Source: Camelus dromedarius (lineage: Eukaryota). From it: a DNA stretch of 64,000 bases. A program made the translations under genes and the position numbers. Numbering within the stretch: the stretch's first letter is position 1; the number at the start of each line of letters is the position of its first letter. The notes below the pieces were generated by a model. The model was not told the DNA's origin. It ran no database searches and worked only from the letters and a program-made list of their open reading frames with translations. The stretch is taken from positions 77,626,001 to 77,690,000 of the forward strand of contig NC_087436.1 in the NCBI RefSeq assembly GCF_036321535.1, read 5' to 3'. Positions 22,361 through 38,154 of this stretch are shown here, piece by piece.

Positions 22361-25300
22361 ATCTTAGAGTGTTGATCTAAAGGATAAAAAGGCAGTCATT
22401 TCACTTTAACTCTTCAGAAAAATGCTATCTGTTTTACGTGCCTCATCTGGACAAGGTGCACTAGCAGAGACGGAGATCCTTGGCCAGTATGTAGTCTCTG
22501 AAAAGCGAAAAAAGATGCAGCGCCCTCCTGGGGGGCTAAAATTGAAAAAGCTATTACAAAGTGTAGTTGATAACCCATATTTATTTAAGATTATGTTAAT
22601 CGCCCTCTAACCTAAAATCTGCCTCAGATCACTTCTCCCGGCACTGGATCCAGTTTTTACTCACCTGCTATTTATAACACAGATGTTAATCACCAAGCCA
22701 GGTACGCTGCTCTTCCCCGAGCTACGCTACTTCCCGCAGAGAGCTCCCAGCGCCTTTCCCTTGACTCTAAAACAACTTTGTATGATAATATTAAAACTGC
22801 CCCAGTTATTCCTCGTTCATTCGGTCGACTTTTGCAAGAAACCTGTCTTTAGCCCTTTCTGAGCATTTGGAGTATGTGTAGATGATAGGTAAGTGGATAG
22901 ATATGTTGAACACTGTCCAAACATTTTACCCTGTTTTTCACCAGCCGTTACCTCAGTTCCTTTTGGATAATAACTCTGTTCATTAATTTTTCTACAATGA
23001 TTTGACAAACAAAAGGCATCAGTTGCAACCATGTAAAATGTTATAGAACAAAATCACAGTTCTGTTAAAATTATATTATATATTTGTATCTTATAAAAAG
23101 GTAAAATGGTTCTAATTTCTCATCAGTCCTCCTTCCTTTGAGGTAGATAGATGGCTATCAGAATAAATAAGTAATAAACATTTAAAAATAATCATGTCAG
23201 AAAGGTAGCCGTTTTCAAGGCTAAAATTGAACGTTGTGGGTAAAAACTAGACAAAGCAGTCAGTTTCAGACTCGCCAGTTGCTTCTCCGTGTGATGTTGG
23301 GTCTTTGCCCAGAGAAGCCGAAGGGAACTCTTCAGTCTCTATAACGCAGAGAGTACACTTGCTTTCCATTTTCTGAAGGACTTAATGTCTCTCTAAAACC
23401 CTTTTCAAAAATTGCTTTCAACTTTCCAGTTTTTAAAAAGGATACACAAGTCTGCGTCAACTGACAGGAAGTATTCACGTTTCTGGACTGAGAAGGTGAT
23501 CATGTGTGTGAAATACATCTTAGTTATGTTTTTAAAATGCGTAGATAGCTTTAGGATTTTTTCCTCAGTATCCCGTCTACAGAGATGAATGGATGAATTA
23601 AAATAAGCAAGTTTTCATTCTTGCTTTCAGATCAACTTGGAGAAAAAGTTAATAACTGAAGATTTTTTAAACGGAAACTGTGAGCAATGATAAGACGTCC
23701 AGATGATGATATAAGGACATGTGGATATAAAGTGTTAAGGTTGAGAAGTGTTCATAAATTCTGATTGAGATATCCGTAAATAAGTAGACTTATTTACTTA
23801 GAAAATTAAGTAGACTTAATCGAGAGTTCTCTAAAGGATGGAAAGTGGAGAGTCCCGCAAATTATTAAGATTCTTTTTATCACAGGCTTTCTTTCCCTGA
23901 ATGTGGGAAGAACGCTCCCCATCCCGTTACTCTTCCTCACGCGTGGTGTGCAGACAGAGATGCCTATGTGCTCATGCACACGTACATATACAGTTACAAA
24001 AAGTCTTTTTCCAAATACTCTTCCCCCACCCAACAAATCTACATGAAACTCCCTCCCGTCTCTCTGATGCACCTGCATTCTGATATTCTGGCTGAAAAAG
24101 AGAGAGTGGAAACTTTTGGAAGCTATCAAACTCCTCTTAAATCACCCAGGTAAATGAGTTACACATGGCTTTTAGTGTTCTCGGGAACTCCCAAATAATA
24201 TGGTGAGGAATAAATGCAGTCCACAGTAACGCATACAAACCTACCAACAGCCCATAGTTTATTACGGTGTTGTGAATCTTGTTGTTGGGGAAATGTTTTG
24301 TGCACCATAAAGTACTATACAACTTTTAGTTATTATTGGTTCCCATGCATTATATCTATCAATTCATTCTTAATTCCCAATAACCCAAACTTAATAAATC
24401 TTCCTGATTTTCTAATTGTGAATAAGAAGGTTAATGGTATGCTTTTATTTTACAGGTGTTATGTAGATCAGAGAAACAAAAGCCATAAAAATCTAAGGTC
24501 TTCAATATGAATAATAATATTGATAACATTTTTCATTTATTAAGCAGTAGACAATACTCATTTCTTTTCACAACATCTAGCTTAATCATTACAATGGCAG
24601 AAGCTGAGACTTGGAGAAGCTAAGTAAATGTTCAAGATCTAACAATTAATGAAAGGTAGATAGACTCCATTTTTAACTCTGATTCAAATCTGAGTCCAAA
24701 GCTAACAGCATAGCCATTATGACTGATGGTCTAACTCTATCAGTAGTGCTTACAGTTTATGACAGCAGGTGGACACGATGCCACTCTGTGAAGTATTATT
24801 ATTCCAATTCTATAGGTATTGAAAATGAGACTCAAAAAGTTGATAAGTGAATTTTCTAAATTTATATGGCAAATTACAATATTCTTCCCACCTTTTATTT
24901 TTTAATTCTTTATTTCATAATTATTTCATTATTACCATTTTTATTTATTCATTCCACAAATATTTATTGAGCCTTGTGCCAGGCATTCTGTAAAAACTGC
25001 AGATACAAGCTTCAGCAAGATGGTCTTGGTGCTTGCTCTCCAAGTGCTCACGCACAGCCTCCTGGACAGGTGATTCAGCAGGGAAAGCTGGAGGACACGC
25101 CAGGGTACCAAGAGGACCAGGGGTGTCCCACCACATCAAAAATTCCCAGTACATCGTATGGCGAGCAACAGTCAGCAAGCCCTATTTGTGACCCAACGGG
25201 CAAGAGCGATGATTTTTGCTGCCTCAGGCTGCCCATCACAGTGCAATTATCCAACTGCCAGAAAGCTGGGCATACTGCCAGGAACCACCCAGAAAATGCA

Positions 25301-25610
25301 GGAGCCATTTCCTGGCGTCCGAGGCTAATTGTTCCAGGGCATCTGGTCATAAATTCAGTAAACATTCATTGAGTATGTACAATATGCTAGGCACCAGGGA
25401 TGTAAAGTCACGTAACACACTGTGGGGACATTGATATGCAAGCAGGTGACAGGAATGCAACATGGATGTGTGCTCAGGACATCACTGGATTTGCCCAACT
25501 CCTCACCTCGTCCCACAAGGAAACCATCTAGATTAGGTGATGATAATAAAACACCAACCACTGTGAACACCGTACAGTTCGAGGAAATCAAATTAAGAAC
25601 CTTATAACCA

Positions 25611-25736
25611 GAATGACCATATATCTTAATTTGCCCAGGTCAGTTCCCAAATTACATCTTGTGTTGGCTTAATTAAATCACCCCCTTTTACTCTGAAAAG
25701 CGATCTCATTTGTTTGATAAATTACATGGTCACCTA
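25611..25736. mobile_element. MER94-like hAT-Blackjack MITE
   Basis: Inverted ends tgaccat...atggtca and internal cccccttttactctgaaaag...gataaattacatggtcacc. Confidence 0.65.
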
Positions 25737-26649
25737 ATTCATGTCTAACGGAGGTTAATAGTGGCTTTGCTTTCATGTACAGGTAATGGCTTAATTTTCA
25801 TTTCTGGAACACTGACTATGTGCAAGTGTGATGCTAGGTGCTATTGCCACCTCGCCCTCCACAAGAATTAGATGCAATGGTACTATCCCTGCTCTTCAGG
25901 TGAGGAGACTGAAATTTTAGAGAGTTCGGTCACTTGCCAAAGCATCACACAAATATTAAATGGTGAGGTGAGGGTTCAAACACAAGTGTGTCGGGCTCCT
26001 TTTAGCAGCAGATGGATTGTTTGACAACGTGTTTGACAACAATGTTAAGGACTAAAGAAGAAGATTCTCCTCAGAGAAGCTGAGGATAACGTACTACTTG
26101 TACAAGTGGGAGACCATCAGGACCTGGCCCATAAGCGTAGGGACAGGATGGTCACCACTGTGGTCTCCCCTATGAAAGGCCTATGTTCTCAGCCACCCTC
26201 ACTCTCCCCTTGTCTACCCACAGCGCTCACTGACCACTTCTTCAGCTCTGCCACCCTGATTCTGACCACAGCACATGCCCGGCCATGTGTGGAGATGCCA
26301 GCAGGCAGAAGGGACGTGTCCTGACCATGCAGACTCTTTGTTGGCCTGCCTCCTTCAGAGACAGTCTTTGTGTCTTTGCAAGTTTCCTTTCTACCTCCTT
26401 CCATATGCAGCCTTCATATAGTGCCTAAGGGATACGAGAAGAGAGAAATTTTTTTTTTTTTACCAGTGAAATGGAACTTTAATGATCTGTGAAAGATACA
26501 TCTCTTTTGTTAGTTCCTTTATTTACCTCTGTAGTGCAATAAACTGAAGCAGGAAATTTTATGCTCAGATTAGGAAACACTGTGGAAGGTGTAGCTAGAG
26601 AGTTTTGTGGAAATTTGCCCCAGTTGCTCAGGCTTTATTCCCATCTTTA

Positions 26650-27640
26650 ATAGAAGTTGCTTAATTGGCTTATCTGATAATAAAAGAAATTTATCATAAT
26701 TGTGGGAAAGTGAGACAACAGAGAAAAGTACAAAAAGAAAGTGAAAATCGTCTGTAATTTTACCACCGACAGACAACTACTAGTAGTGTGTTAATTTATA
26801 TCTTTCTGGGTATTTTCCATGCTAACTCATGTGCATACAGAATTTGCAATTTTAATAAAAGTGTGGCTTGCTGTATATCTTCTTTTGTAAGGTATTTCCC
26901 CTTAACATATTGTAAGTATTTGTGTTATAAATGTAGATCTATGAAAATGTTCATTACAGTATAATAGTCTAACCTGTGGCTCTACCCTAGTTATTTAACC
27001 ATTCCCGAACAGCAAAATATTTAGAGTTGGTTGTTGGTGGTTTTTTCTATTTCTTTTGCTATTATGCAAAATGCTACAACAAAGATGATTACAAATACAT
27101 CTCTTTGTAGTTGTCCATCCAGTGGTTTCTTTTAAATGTACTAAAAATGGACCCTTTTCTCTCTTGATTCATATTGTCAGGCTTTATCCAGAGAGATTAG
27201 CGATACACACTCTCATCATCACTGTCACTGTAAGAATGCCCGTTTTCTCCACGGCCCATTCAGTGCTAGTGATTATCCACTCTTTTAAACCTTGCTGCTC
27301 TAACAGGAATTTTAAAATGTATCATTACTAACAACTAACTTGAGTTAACTGCGTAATTAAATAGTAATTAAAGCAAATGGAATTACTTAAAAGTTGATTT
27401 AATATCTATTCGCTGGTAAGCTTAAATATACACTTAACAGATATTTGAATATCTGTAGTTCTTTTCTGAGAGTGGCCTGTTTGTGTCCTTTGCTCATTTT
27501 GTCTCTAAGGAGTTCGGGTTTTTTTATTATTCATTTGTAAGAATTCATCACACATTAATGATATAAAATTTTTACCAGTTGTTCATGTTCCACATGTTTT
27601 CCCCAGGCGGTCATCTGTCTTGTTGATGGTGAATTTTTTA
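26650..27640 (-). mobile_element. Old, degraded L1M 3' fragment
   Basis: ttatttaaccattcc...ttttgctattatgcaaaatgctacaac...gcctgtttgtgtcctttgctcatttt are L1ME/L1MC-like motifs. Confidence 0.6.
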
Positions 27641-30214
27641 AATTAACGGTGCATTTATATTCGGTATGGTATGTGCGTATATATTTATATATGTATACAC
27701 ACACGGAGACTAGATACAGACAAGGATACAGCCCTGGACAGACAGACACAGATATAGCTTAATATTCTATGTCATTGCTTATTTCTACACCCATGAGTAA
27801 TTATCTAACGCTCAGACTTCTACGTGGAACTCCCTGTGGACTCCTAGTATGGAATTTGGCAACTTCTATAATGTATTTTAGATATCCACAGTAAACTTTT
27901 ATCTCTTTCCTGAACTTTTAAATCCTCCAAAGCATTCAGCAGAGGCCCTGGCAGGCATGAAACAGACGAGTGGAGGAAAACTTTGCATTTCATCCTCTCA
28001 TCTTAAACAAGAAGAATGTGTCCTACGAGGGTAAGTCCCAGACCTGCCCAAGGTCACAAAGCAGAGACAATGTTCCTGACACTTGACCCAGTACTCTGTC
28101 CACCACCCTCCCTTGTTTCACATAATGAAATGTATCACACAAGCCGTCAGAGAGAGCAAAACACTACACGACCTACAGGGCTCCCACGTGCAAAAGGAGG
28201 CTCTCAGAAGGCCAGCTCCGGAGCACTAAGGCGCTGTGTTTTGTTGATGCTGTATTGTTTGGTTACTTTGGGCCCTCTGACATCGGGAGCAAGTCATATC
28301 TCAGGAACGGTACAGGTCTATTTGCTTTGGTGTAGAGGCCCTTTCTGGAAGCAGCTAGATCCCGGTTTGTGATTATGACCACTAGATGGAGTCCAGTTAT
28401 TAGTCTGAAGAGACAACATTGCGTGTAAAGTTCATCCCAGCTTCCCTGGTTAACCAGAACGTGACCCACCGCCCTGCAGAAGGCTCTTAGACGGCACTTG
28501 CTTCCAGAGGGGACACTTCTAGATAAGCCTGGAGATCAAAGGGTTTTGTTTTTCTCTTCCTTGTGAATGAATTAGCCTTTGTGACACTCTTCAGCACAAT
28601 TTCAAGGTTGCATTTAGATGCCCATAGACTCCCATGTCCTCTCCCTCTCCGGTTCTCACCTTTATTTTTGTTGCTTTTAAAGAGAAAGAATATTCTGTGG
28701 CTCCCTCAGTCAGATATCCATCCTCAGTCAGATATTTCTGCCCCCAAAGCATTCTGAGCTATTAGATTTACCTGGTGAGAGAATATGGCTGCACTGAAAT
28801 AAGACAAAACATCAAGAAAGAGTTCCACCTAATTCATTCTAAAGGATTAAATGCTGAATGGATCTAGAGTGGAATTCCTCTTGACCACACGTTCAATTAA
28901 AACTCTTTTGGGAAACAATATTCAGGACTGCCTTGCATCACATTATTGTTCGGTCAGTTTTCACAGAGGACATGGCAAATTTTGCAATTGCCATCCTTTA
29001 CTATGCTTTGAATACTTTTCAAACTTGCACAGGTTTTAACAGTTGCCTGCACCCTGCTGACCTATCAAATATAAACACAAATGAGATGTGGCTGAAAGTA
29101 AGGCAAACAGAACCCAGAATGGCAGTTCTAACCCTGAGCACTCCTGCTTTTTAAAATTCAAGGTCATTCTGCTTCACTTGGACAAAAACAAATTGCCCCA
29201 ATTTCCCCAGGAGGTTTCCCATCAGTCAAGTTACTTAATCTTCATTTCAAAATACAGAAAATATCACCTTATAGGTTGATACTAATATGTCTAATACTGG
29301 CCCCCTCTAAAAGGCTCAAGTTTGTAACAAATATGACAGAGCCCCTTGCATCAGCCTTTGCGTTACCTAGCTTAAGAATGAGACATTTAAGAGTCTTGGG
29401 AAAATAATCAACCATTTAACCAGATAGTACTAGAGCACCATAAACGTGACTTAGAGGAAGCTTTCAGGTTAAAACAAAACCTCCCTGGTATATCTTTCGT
29501 ACTTTAAAACTGTATATATATATTATCACCTACCCCTGTAGGTTTTCTTTTAATGTATCCAGTTGAGGTAGAAAACGTATCTATTTTCTAAAATCTCTGT
29601 TTGCTCTCCTCCTACTTCCCTGATAAACACTAAAATTCACCAGCAAAAATGTTTGAGGATGGATGGGGTCTTGCAGCTTGATATGAAAGCCAGAATGTTA
29701 GATAATGCTGATGGTCTACAAAACTTTAAAGATGACAGCCCCTGAATTTGCTGTAAATGTTGGAATTTCTGGGTAATGTATGGACATCTCATTACATTCA
29801 TAAAGATAAAACTTTGCATATTTGTGCATAACCTGGTCTAATGTGCTAATTTGAGCATTTAATGTACTAATTTGAGCATTTTAGGGTCTGTGTTAGATTA
29901 TAGCTTTGATCTCTAAAAGAAAAAAAAAAGCTATCAAATTCTAAAAAGGAAATATTTGTGAAATCAACAGATTCAAGCCATGCTTTAAATTCTGAAGTTT
30001 TTATGTAAGGAAATAGAATCTGTTCATTTGGAAGTATTTAAAGTTAAGGGACAACGAACAAATTCAAATATAATTGAATATATGGATATCATAGTGGTAA
30101 AAGAGCATATGGAAAATATATATTGGATTAAGGAATCAGAAGATTGAAGCACTAATAAAGTTGTGCTAAAAACAGTGAAGTTACTTAACTCTTCTGGGTT
30201 CAATCACCTCATCA

Positions 30215-30920
30215 GTCATTCATTCATTCATTCATCCAATATGTTTTTGTTGAATGCTTACCTATGCCAAGCACTCTTCTAGACACAGGACAGAGCCCTC
30301 TGTCTTCATCAAGTTTATATTCCACTGAAAGAAGACAGAAAATTAGCAAAAGCCATAGATAAATACATAAATCGTGTACTATATTAGAGAATGGTAAATG
30401 CTGTATAATAAAGTAACAAGGGAGAGAGGGATAAAGCGTACTGGAAATGCTAAGTAGGGGCATCAAGAGAAAACACACTGGAATGTGAGCTTTAGGTCAA
30501 AATCTAAAGGTAACTGTGTGGGGGAAAGGCATTCCTGGGAGAGGGAGGAGCCAGTGCAAAGTCCGTGAGGCGGGAGTGTAACTGCCATGCTTGAGAAGAG
30601 CAAAGAGGCTGATATGGTGGAGTGGAGTGAGAGAGAGAAAACAGTGAGACAGGAAGTCAGGGAGAGAACAGAGATAGGTGGAGTGAATTCCACTACAGGG
30701 AGTGAGTAATTTTGACTCTTCCTCTGAATGACATGAGAAGTCATCATAGGGTTTTGGAGAGAGAAGTGATACTGTCTGGCTTATATCTGACCAGATCACT
30801 TGGACTGCTATACTGGGAACAGGTGGAATGAGGGCAGAAGTAGAAGCTGTGAGGTCAGCAAGACAACTGTCTCAATAATCTAGGGGAAAGGTAGTGGTGC
30901 CTTGAAGCAGGGGCAGTGGT
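30215..30920 (-). mobile_element. LINE-2 3' fragment
   Basis: (CATT)n tail, ttgttgaatgcttacctatgccaagcact and gccagtgcaaagtccgtgagg are L2 motifs. Other L2 relics lie at about 34230-35000, 45000-47520, 48000-48550, 52960-54050 and 58510-59230. Confidence 0.75.
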
Positions 30921-31098
30921 CCGGATGCTATGCTATCTGCATCTCAAATCAGATGTAGTAATTCAGATGAAGATGACTTGGAAGTTGTAAATTTCTTCAC
31001 AAGTATAAGATAGTAATAATGTTCTTGTTTTAAAGGTTTTGACTATTATTTCGTGTAGACTATTCCAGATCAACTTTAGAAATACTTGGTCAGGTTCA

Positions 31099-31100
<2 letters not shown>

Positions 31101-31167
<67 letters not shown>
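31101..31167. repeat. A-run followed by a long perfect (AT)n microsatellite
   Basis: Directly visible; lies within degraded antisense L1 sequence (about 31020-32200). Confidence 0.95.
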
Positions 31168-31168
<1 letters not shown>

Positions 31169-32480
31169 CTTCTGTTACAAAGAGATTTTTCTAAACTGGA
31201 TCCTGAATTGCATCTTTTTAAAATGATCTATCAATATGATTATATACATTTCCATTAATCCATTTATCTTACACATTCCATTAATACATTTTCAAGTTGT
31301 TAAGAGTTAAACTTTACCTGGTTGCAGTGAATGAATCTTGTGACAGTTTTGGATTTGATTTGCTAATATCTTATTTAAGATTTTGCATCTATTTTTATAA
31401 ATAAGATTGGTGCCCCTTTTTTTTTTTCATTATATTACTAGAGTTGGATATCGTGGTTTTACTAACTAAGAAAATGAATTTGGAAGTATCAAAGGAACGG
31501 TCTGAACCCGAGTAGATTATCTGGGCTGGTTGCCTCGTGGGAGTAGGAGTCACCATTTCATTTTGATCAATTCAGACATTCCACCTCCACATGAGCTGAT
31601 TTTTAGTGACTTACAAGCTCTTGGAAATTATCCTTCTTGTCTACATTTGTAATTATTTTCTCATTTAAATTAATCCACATCTGTAGTTACTCTTTCTCTT
31701 ATCCCTAGCATTATTTATTTGTTTTCTCTTTCTCCAAATGTTGATCTTACCTATTTTTCCTATTATAATGATCTTTTTAAAAAATCAGCTTTTGTCTGTT
31801 ATAAAGATCTAAGTTTTTTTTTTCATTAAATGATGCTTCAATCAACAAAATATTTTCTTCTCCTTTCCTTGGATTTGTTTATTTATTTATTTTTCTAGCC
31901 TTTTGTGGTGTTTACTTATTTTCAATTCTTACAGTGTTTTAGAAAGTTCACTTAAGAATAACCGTTTTCCTTGAGTACTGTTTAACGGTATCCCACAGGT
32001 TTTTGAAATGTATTGCTCATGTTCTTATTAATTTCTGCCTTGAAATTTTATATTTTAAAGTCATCATTAAAGCTAAGTCATTTTGGAGAAAAAAAAAGTA
32101 ATTTCCTACTGAATAGTTGTCTGGAGGTTATCCTCTTATTGGCTCTAGTTTTATTGTGTTGCACGCTGGGTTGTTTTTTCCAACCTTCTTTTGAACACAA
32201 TAAGTATATCTCTGGTAAATCTAAAGATCTTTTATCCAAAATTTAATATAACATATAACAATTTTAATTTGGAAAAAGTGCTTTTAAGCAAAATAAATAT
32301 AGACAAATTTTCTGCCATTAAATTTATGTTTTGGAAAAAAACACTCTAACAGAAGTACAAATGGTAACTGACAAGAGAGCTAGGCTGGAAGCGAGGAGAA
32401 CAATCCCCAAGAGTTGTAATAATCCCAGCAAGAGATGGTGTCAGGCCGCGCAGAGGTGAGAGGTGAGAGGGGGTTCAGTT

Positions 32481-32582
32481 CTTTTGTTTGTTTGTTTTTT
32501 GTTAGTGGAGGGACTGGGGTTTGAACCCAGGACCTCCTGCAGGCTAAGCGTGCCTCTACCATTGAGCTCTATACCCCCATCC
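32481..32582 (-). mobile_element. tRNA-derived SINE (camelid Vic-1-like)
   Basis: Minus strand reads GGGGGTATAGAGCTCAATGGTAGAGGCACGCTTAGCCTGCAGGAGGTCCTGGGTTCAAACCCCAGTCCCTCCA plus an A-rich tail; A and B boxes present. Confidence 0.85.
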
Positions 32583-32721
32583 TTGGGGAGTTAAGTTTTG
32601 AACTGAGTTTGTAGTAGCTAGAAAATTTAGGTGGGTATGATCAGAGTGGCCTGGAGCTCAGTGGTAAGGTCTGGTCTAGGGGCAAGAGCTTGGAGTCACA
32701 GGGATAAATTAGAGGTTGGAG

Positions 32722-32960
32722 ATTAACAAACACACATTACTATATATGAAATAGATAAATGACAAGGATCTACCGTATAGTGCAGGGAACTATATTCAAT
32801 TTCTTGTAATAACCTATAATGGAAAAGAATCTGAAAAGAAAAAATGTATTTGTATGTATGTATCTGTATAACTGAATCACTTTGCTGTACGCCTGAAGCT
32901 AACATTATAAATCAACTACACGTCAATTAAAATCTTTAAAAATAAATAAGTAAAAATAAA
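32722..32960 (+). mobile_element. L1 3' end (artiodactyl-type) with A-rich tail
   Basis: gtatagtgcagggaactatattcaatttcttgtaataacctataatggaaaagaatctg...actgaatcactttgctgtac...aataaataagtaaaaataaa. Confidence 0.85.
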
Positions 32961-35900
32961 GCAGGAGGTGGAGCCATTTGTAAGGAGGAGTGGGCCAAAG
33001 GAATTTAGAAAAGTGGTGAAGGTTTGATTTGCTATAGAGCAGTCGTGAAGAATGGAGCGGGAATACCAGAGTCCTGAATAGAAGATTAAGTCCAAAGTAC
33101 TGAATTCATAGTTGTATCTTTATATAGGCTAGTTGGCCTGGATAACCACGGAGGCCAAGTCTGACAGCTTGTTGACCCTCTCCCTGGAGAAGTGGGAAAA
33201 GAAGCAGGATTTAGGGGAGGAAAGTTGAGGAACTGTGTTTTGCGCTTGTTGCTCTAGACGGCATTGGGGTGAGTGGATTGGGTCTATTCCATGGAAGCGA
33301 GGTGATGCAGACTCCTGCGAAAGGAAGACGTGATGTATCTAGGAAGTGAGGTCGATTACTAGAGCAGCTGAATACAACTGCGATCCCAGCTCTGCTTCGT
33401 TCCAATACAAACGAAAAAGGAAGCTGAAACTGCACTTAGCATGAAGAGAGATAAAAAGCTAAGTTTAAAACACTCCACTCTCTAAAACGATTACAACATT
33501 GTTTGTATATAATATGCATCTTTTCTTTCTTTTTTTTTTTGACTGACACCCTGGTACTGTGTATGATTGAGAATAGTTTTGACCACAACTGTTACATCTG
33601 ATTTAAGTTATCACATGAAAGGCAAGCTTTTTCATTTTAACTAGTTTTGTACCCAGAAAATATACCACACAACACATCGGATTTAAAACCTTTTTTCACC
33701 CAGTAAATGGTCATAGTAATGGAAGTGACGTTAACCCTTCTGACCTTCAGCTATGAATGTAATGCACACAGAAGTTCCTTTAAAAATGTTGGTTGAATAA
33801 AATTTTGAAGTGTGTTTGTGTATTTTCCCTCCAGGGTAACGTTTCCTCATCTATTAAATAGTAGAAACAATAACTTCATAAAGTTGAGGCATAAAGTTCA
33901 GACGAGATAACATTTATGAAATACTTAGCACACTACCTGTCACATAAGTTTTTAAGATGTTTGTCCCTTTCCTTTTTTTTTTAATTTGAACAATGAAATC
34001 ACCAAAATTTGGCAACCTTAGATGAAAAATAACTGAGACCACAGTTTGCAAACTGTTCTTAGAAGAAGAAAGAATATTTTTTAAAAGTTTAAATATGTGC
34101 ATATACTTACATATACATTTATACGCACGCATATACCTGTGTGCATATATTTACTCACCTAGAACCTTGAACACCCCAAGAGTCATACTTGTTGTTTCTT
34201 CTCTTTATCTCATTCTTCACGTACATTCCTGTCACTCATCACCTCTTTCCAAAGCACAGCTCCAACTTGCCCATCACTCTTTGTACATGACCCATTTGAC
34301 AATCTAGTCTGAGCCAGTTTCCACTGGTTTTCTCCTGAATTGGATAATTCGACTGCCTGCTTTTTGGTCCGCTTGCTTCCTTTATTCCCCGATCTATGCT
34401 CCTTCATAGCATGGCCACCAGAGTGATCTTTTGAAAACATAAATCAGATCAAGTCACTCTCCTGCTCTAATGGAAAAAGATAAAATAAAATGTCCTCATG
34501 TTTCATTTAAGATCAAAACCAAACTCTTTCCTGTGGTCTATGAGGTTCTCATAGTCTGGCCCTGCCTACCTCTCACTAGGCAGCTCTCACTATTCTGGAA
34601 CTTAACAAGACTTCTTTCTGTTTCTTGAACTTGCCAAATCCATTAATTCCCCCACAGCTTCTGCATCTGATTTCTTTGTCTGGAACACTTTTTCCTAGAC
34701 TGTCTCAAGGTTGTTACCTTTTTGCCATTCAAGTCTCATCTCAAATGTTACTTACTCTGGAAAGCATTTTCTCACCATTATTTAAAGCTGTTCTCACCTC
34801 TCCTCAGCCTCACATTATCCTATTTAATAGAGTTTATCACTATAATGAATTTCTTGTTTATTTATCTTAGCAAATGGGAAGTAATTCTTCTTTTGAATTT
34901 TGAATTATTAATGTGATCTTGTTTTTGCCTGCTGAGAATAAATCTTGGTTCTTTTCTTGAATCATACACCTGCCCATTAGGATTCGTCCCAGTTAGGGTT
35001 GCACTAAGAAAGTCTTCAGTAACACTAAGCTTTTGGAATTCAAAAGCCAGGCTTTGGTCCTGAGAAAGCTTGATCTAAATTCCTCTATCACCTTTAGCTT
35101 ATAGAGGATCAGACTTTGTGGAAGAGATCAGAGAATTTTATATATATAAGGAAAGTCCAGACAGAAGAGAAAACTTGCCCTTTTCTGGCTTCAGGGAACT
35201 GTGGAAGGAAAGAGGGAGGAGAGGAAGCCCCTCTTTCCCATGTTTGGGACTCATCACAGGCTGCTCTAGAATAAATGGCACTTGGTCCTGTCTCTGTTGT
35301 TTATTGTCTATATTGTTTATTGCTGAACACCAGTGCCCGGTACAGAGTAGTCACCAAAATATTTGTTCAGAGAGTCAATCAATCAATCAGTTGATTGATT
35401 TACTAGTTAATTAGTTTATGCATATGCATTTATTGGAGAGGATGTGGTTGCCAGGAGCTACTCTACCTGCGGATGAAGGAGGTGGGGGAACAAGGCACAG
35501 GAAATCTGGCAGAAGCAGAACTAAACATTTTTTGAAAACAGCCAACACCACTCAGTGAACTGCTGCTATCAAGCAGAAGATTTAATTTGCATCTGTGGGA
35601 AAACGTCAGAATTGAGAGGTAAGAACAAATAGAGTCTGTAAAGGCTTGACATAAAGATTTAAATAAAGAAGAAGCACTTAACACTGGAGAGGCCCGAGAG
35701 GGTCCGTCATTCATCTGCCTGTAAAGTGATCTGATAGAGTGAGCTTTGTGGTTGATGTTCCGCAGACATTTTTTTCAATAATCTTTCTGGTAGCTAGCCT
35801 ATTTCTCAATTTCAAGCATATATTTTAAAAATAAATTTTGTTCTTTATTCCAAAATATAAGTTCAATGCAGAAAACTTAGAAGAAAATATCCATGATCAC

Positions 35901-36689
35901 ACCACCTGGAGTGACCCTCAGTTAAGTCTTCATCTGCTAAACCGGAGCACATACAAGGGCTGTGACTTCTGCCCTCTGCTGTATCCTCAGCACCTAGAAT
36001 AGTGCCTGCAACAGAGCTTGATTAATAATGGTTGAATGTATCAATTAAATATCTTTCTTCATATTCACTATTCATTAGAATAAGAGGATTCCCCTTACTC
36101 CTTCTGATCAAGAAAAAATACGTATTTTAATATTTCTGTTAGACTTTCTTGACTTGGCTTTCTTTGGCCTTGACTCATGGAACGAATTTCTAAGCATTTC
36201 CAGGCACACCTTAATTTTGTGACTCTCTGCACTCCATTTACCCTACTTGGTTTCTAGGACTGATGCATTGCCAGGGTTCTTCCTTGATCTCATTGTATTT
36301 TCTTCGGCTTTTTATCTTCTCAGTGCGTGTCTACTTGTTTTTCCCTCACTGATAAAGTTTATATTTATCAAAACAAATTTCGTGCTACTTTTGATTATGC
36401 CATTTTAAATTTGTAACAATTAAATAAACAAAAATATCTTGGTTTTATACTTTCCGAAACTGAAAATGCTCCAGCTCTGATTCAGTCGCGAGCTTGCCTG
36501 TCAATCACCTGAGACAGACTGCTATTGCTGGTATCAGTGGCGTCACGTGGCCTGTGCTCTATCTACACGTTGATAAATATTGGGTGGAAAGACAGGAAGC
36601 AAATCGCATTAGTTAAAAATTCACATTAAATTAATTACATAAGAATAATGACATACACATATATATATAGGTTTGAAACTGAGTGAATT

Positions 36690-37190
36690 TGTAGTGTGTC
36701 AGTTTAGCTAAGCCAGATGCATGTTTCCTGGAGTTCCTTTCTCTGTGTGGTTCTGAGCTTGGCTTTGCCACAAGACAAATCTGCATAAGACTTGAAATGC
36801 CCAAGCCAGTAGCAGTCATATTTATACTCTGGAGGTCAGCGCAAGACCAGGCACTGTTGCAGCTCGTGCACATTTTTGTTGATCTGCTGGCTCACCTTGT
36901 GGGGGAACAGCAACAGCCAAGCCTGTGGTCCCTCCAGCTCCAGCCAGATTGCTCCTCTGGCACTGGCAGACCCTGAGCCAGGTATGCGTGAAAAGTGCCA
37001 GCTTATCCTGCAAGCCACTCGTATGGCCAAGGTTGGCAACCATGAAAGACAGACACAGATTCTAATTTGTCTTCATAGATTCTGGTCTGTCATCACAAAT
37101 TCCAGTTTTTCCTCAAGGATTCTGGTTTGCCCTTTTGTGTCCAGTTTGTTCTTGTTTCTTCCACTTCATGTCTGTCTTTCCTTCCCAATC
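36690..37190. mobile_element. Old ERVL-type LTR (LTR33/LTR41-like)
   Basis: tgtagtgtgtcagtttagctaagcc...tttcctggagttcctttctctgtgtggttctgag resembles ERVL LTR ends; family assignment is uncertain. Confidence 0.5.
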
Positions 37191-37194
37191 TCGT

Positions 37195-38154
<960 letters not shown>

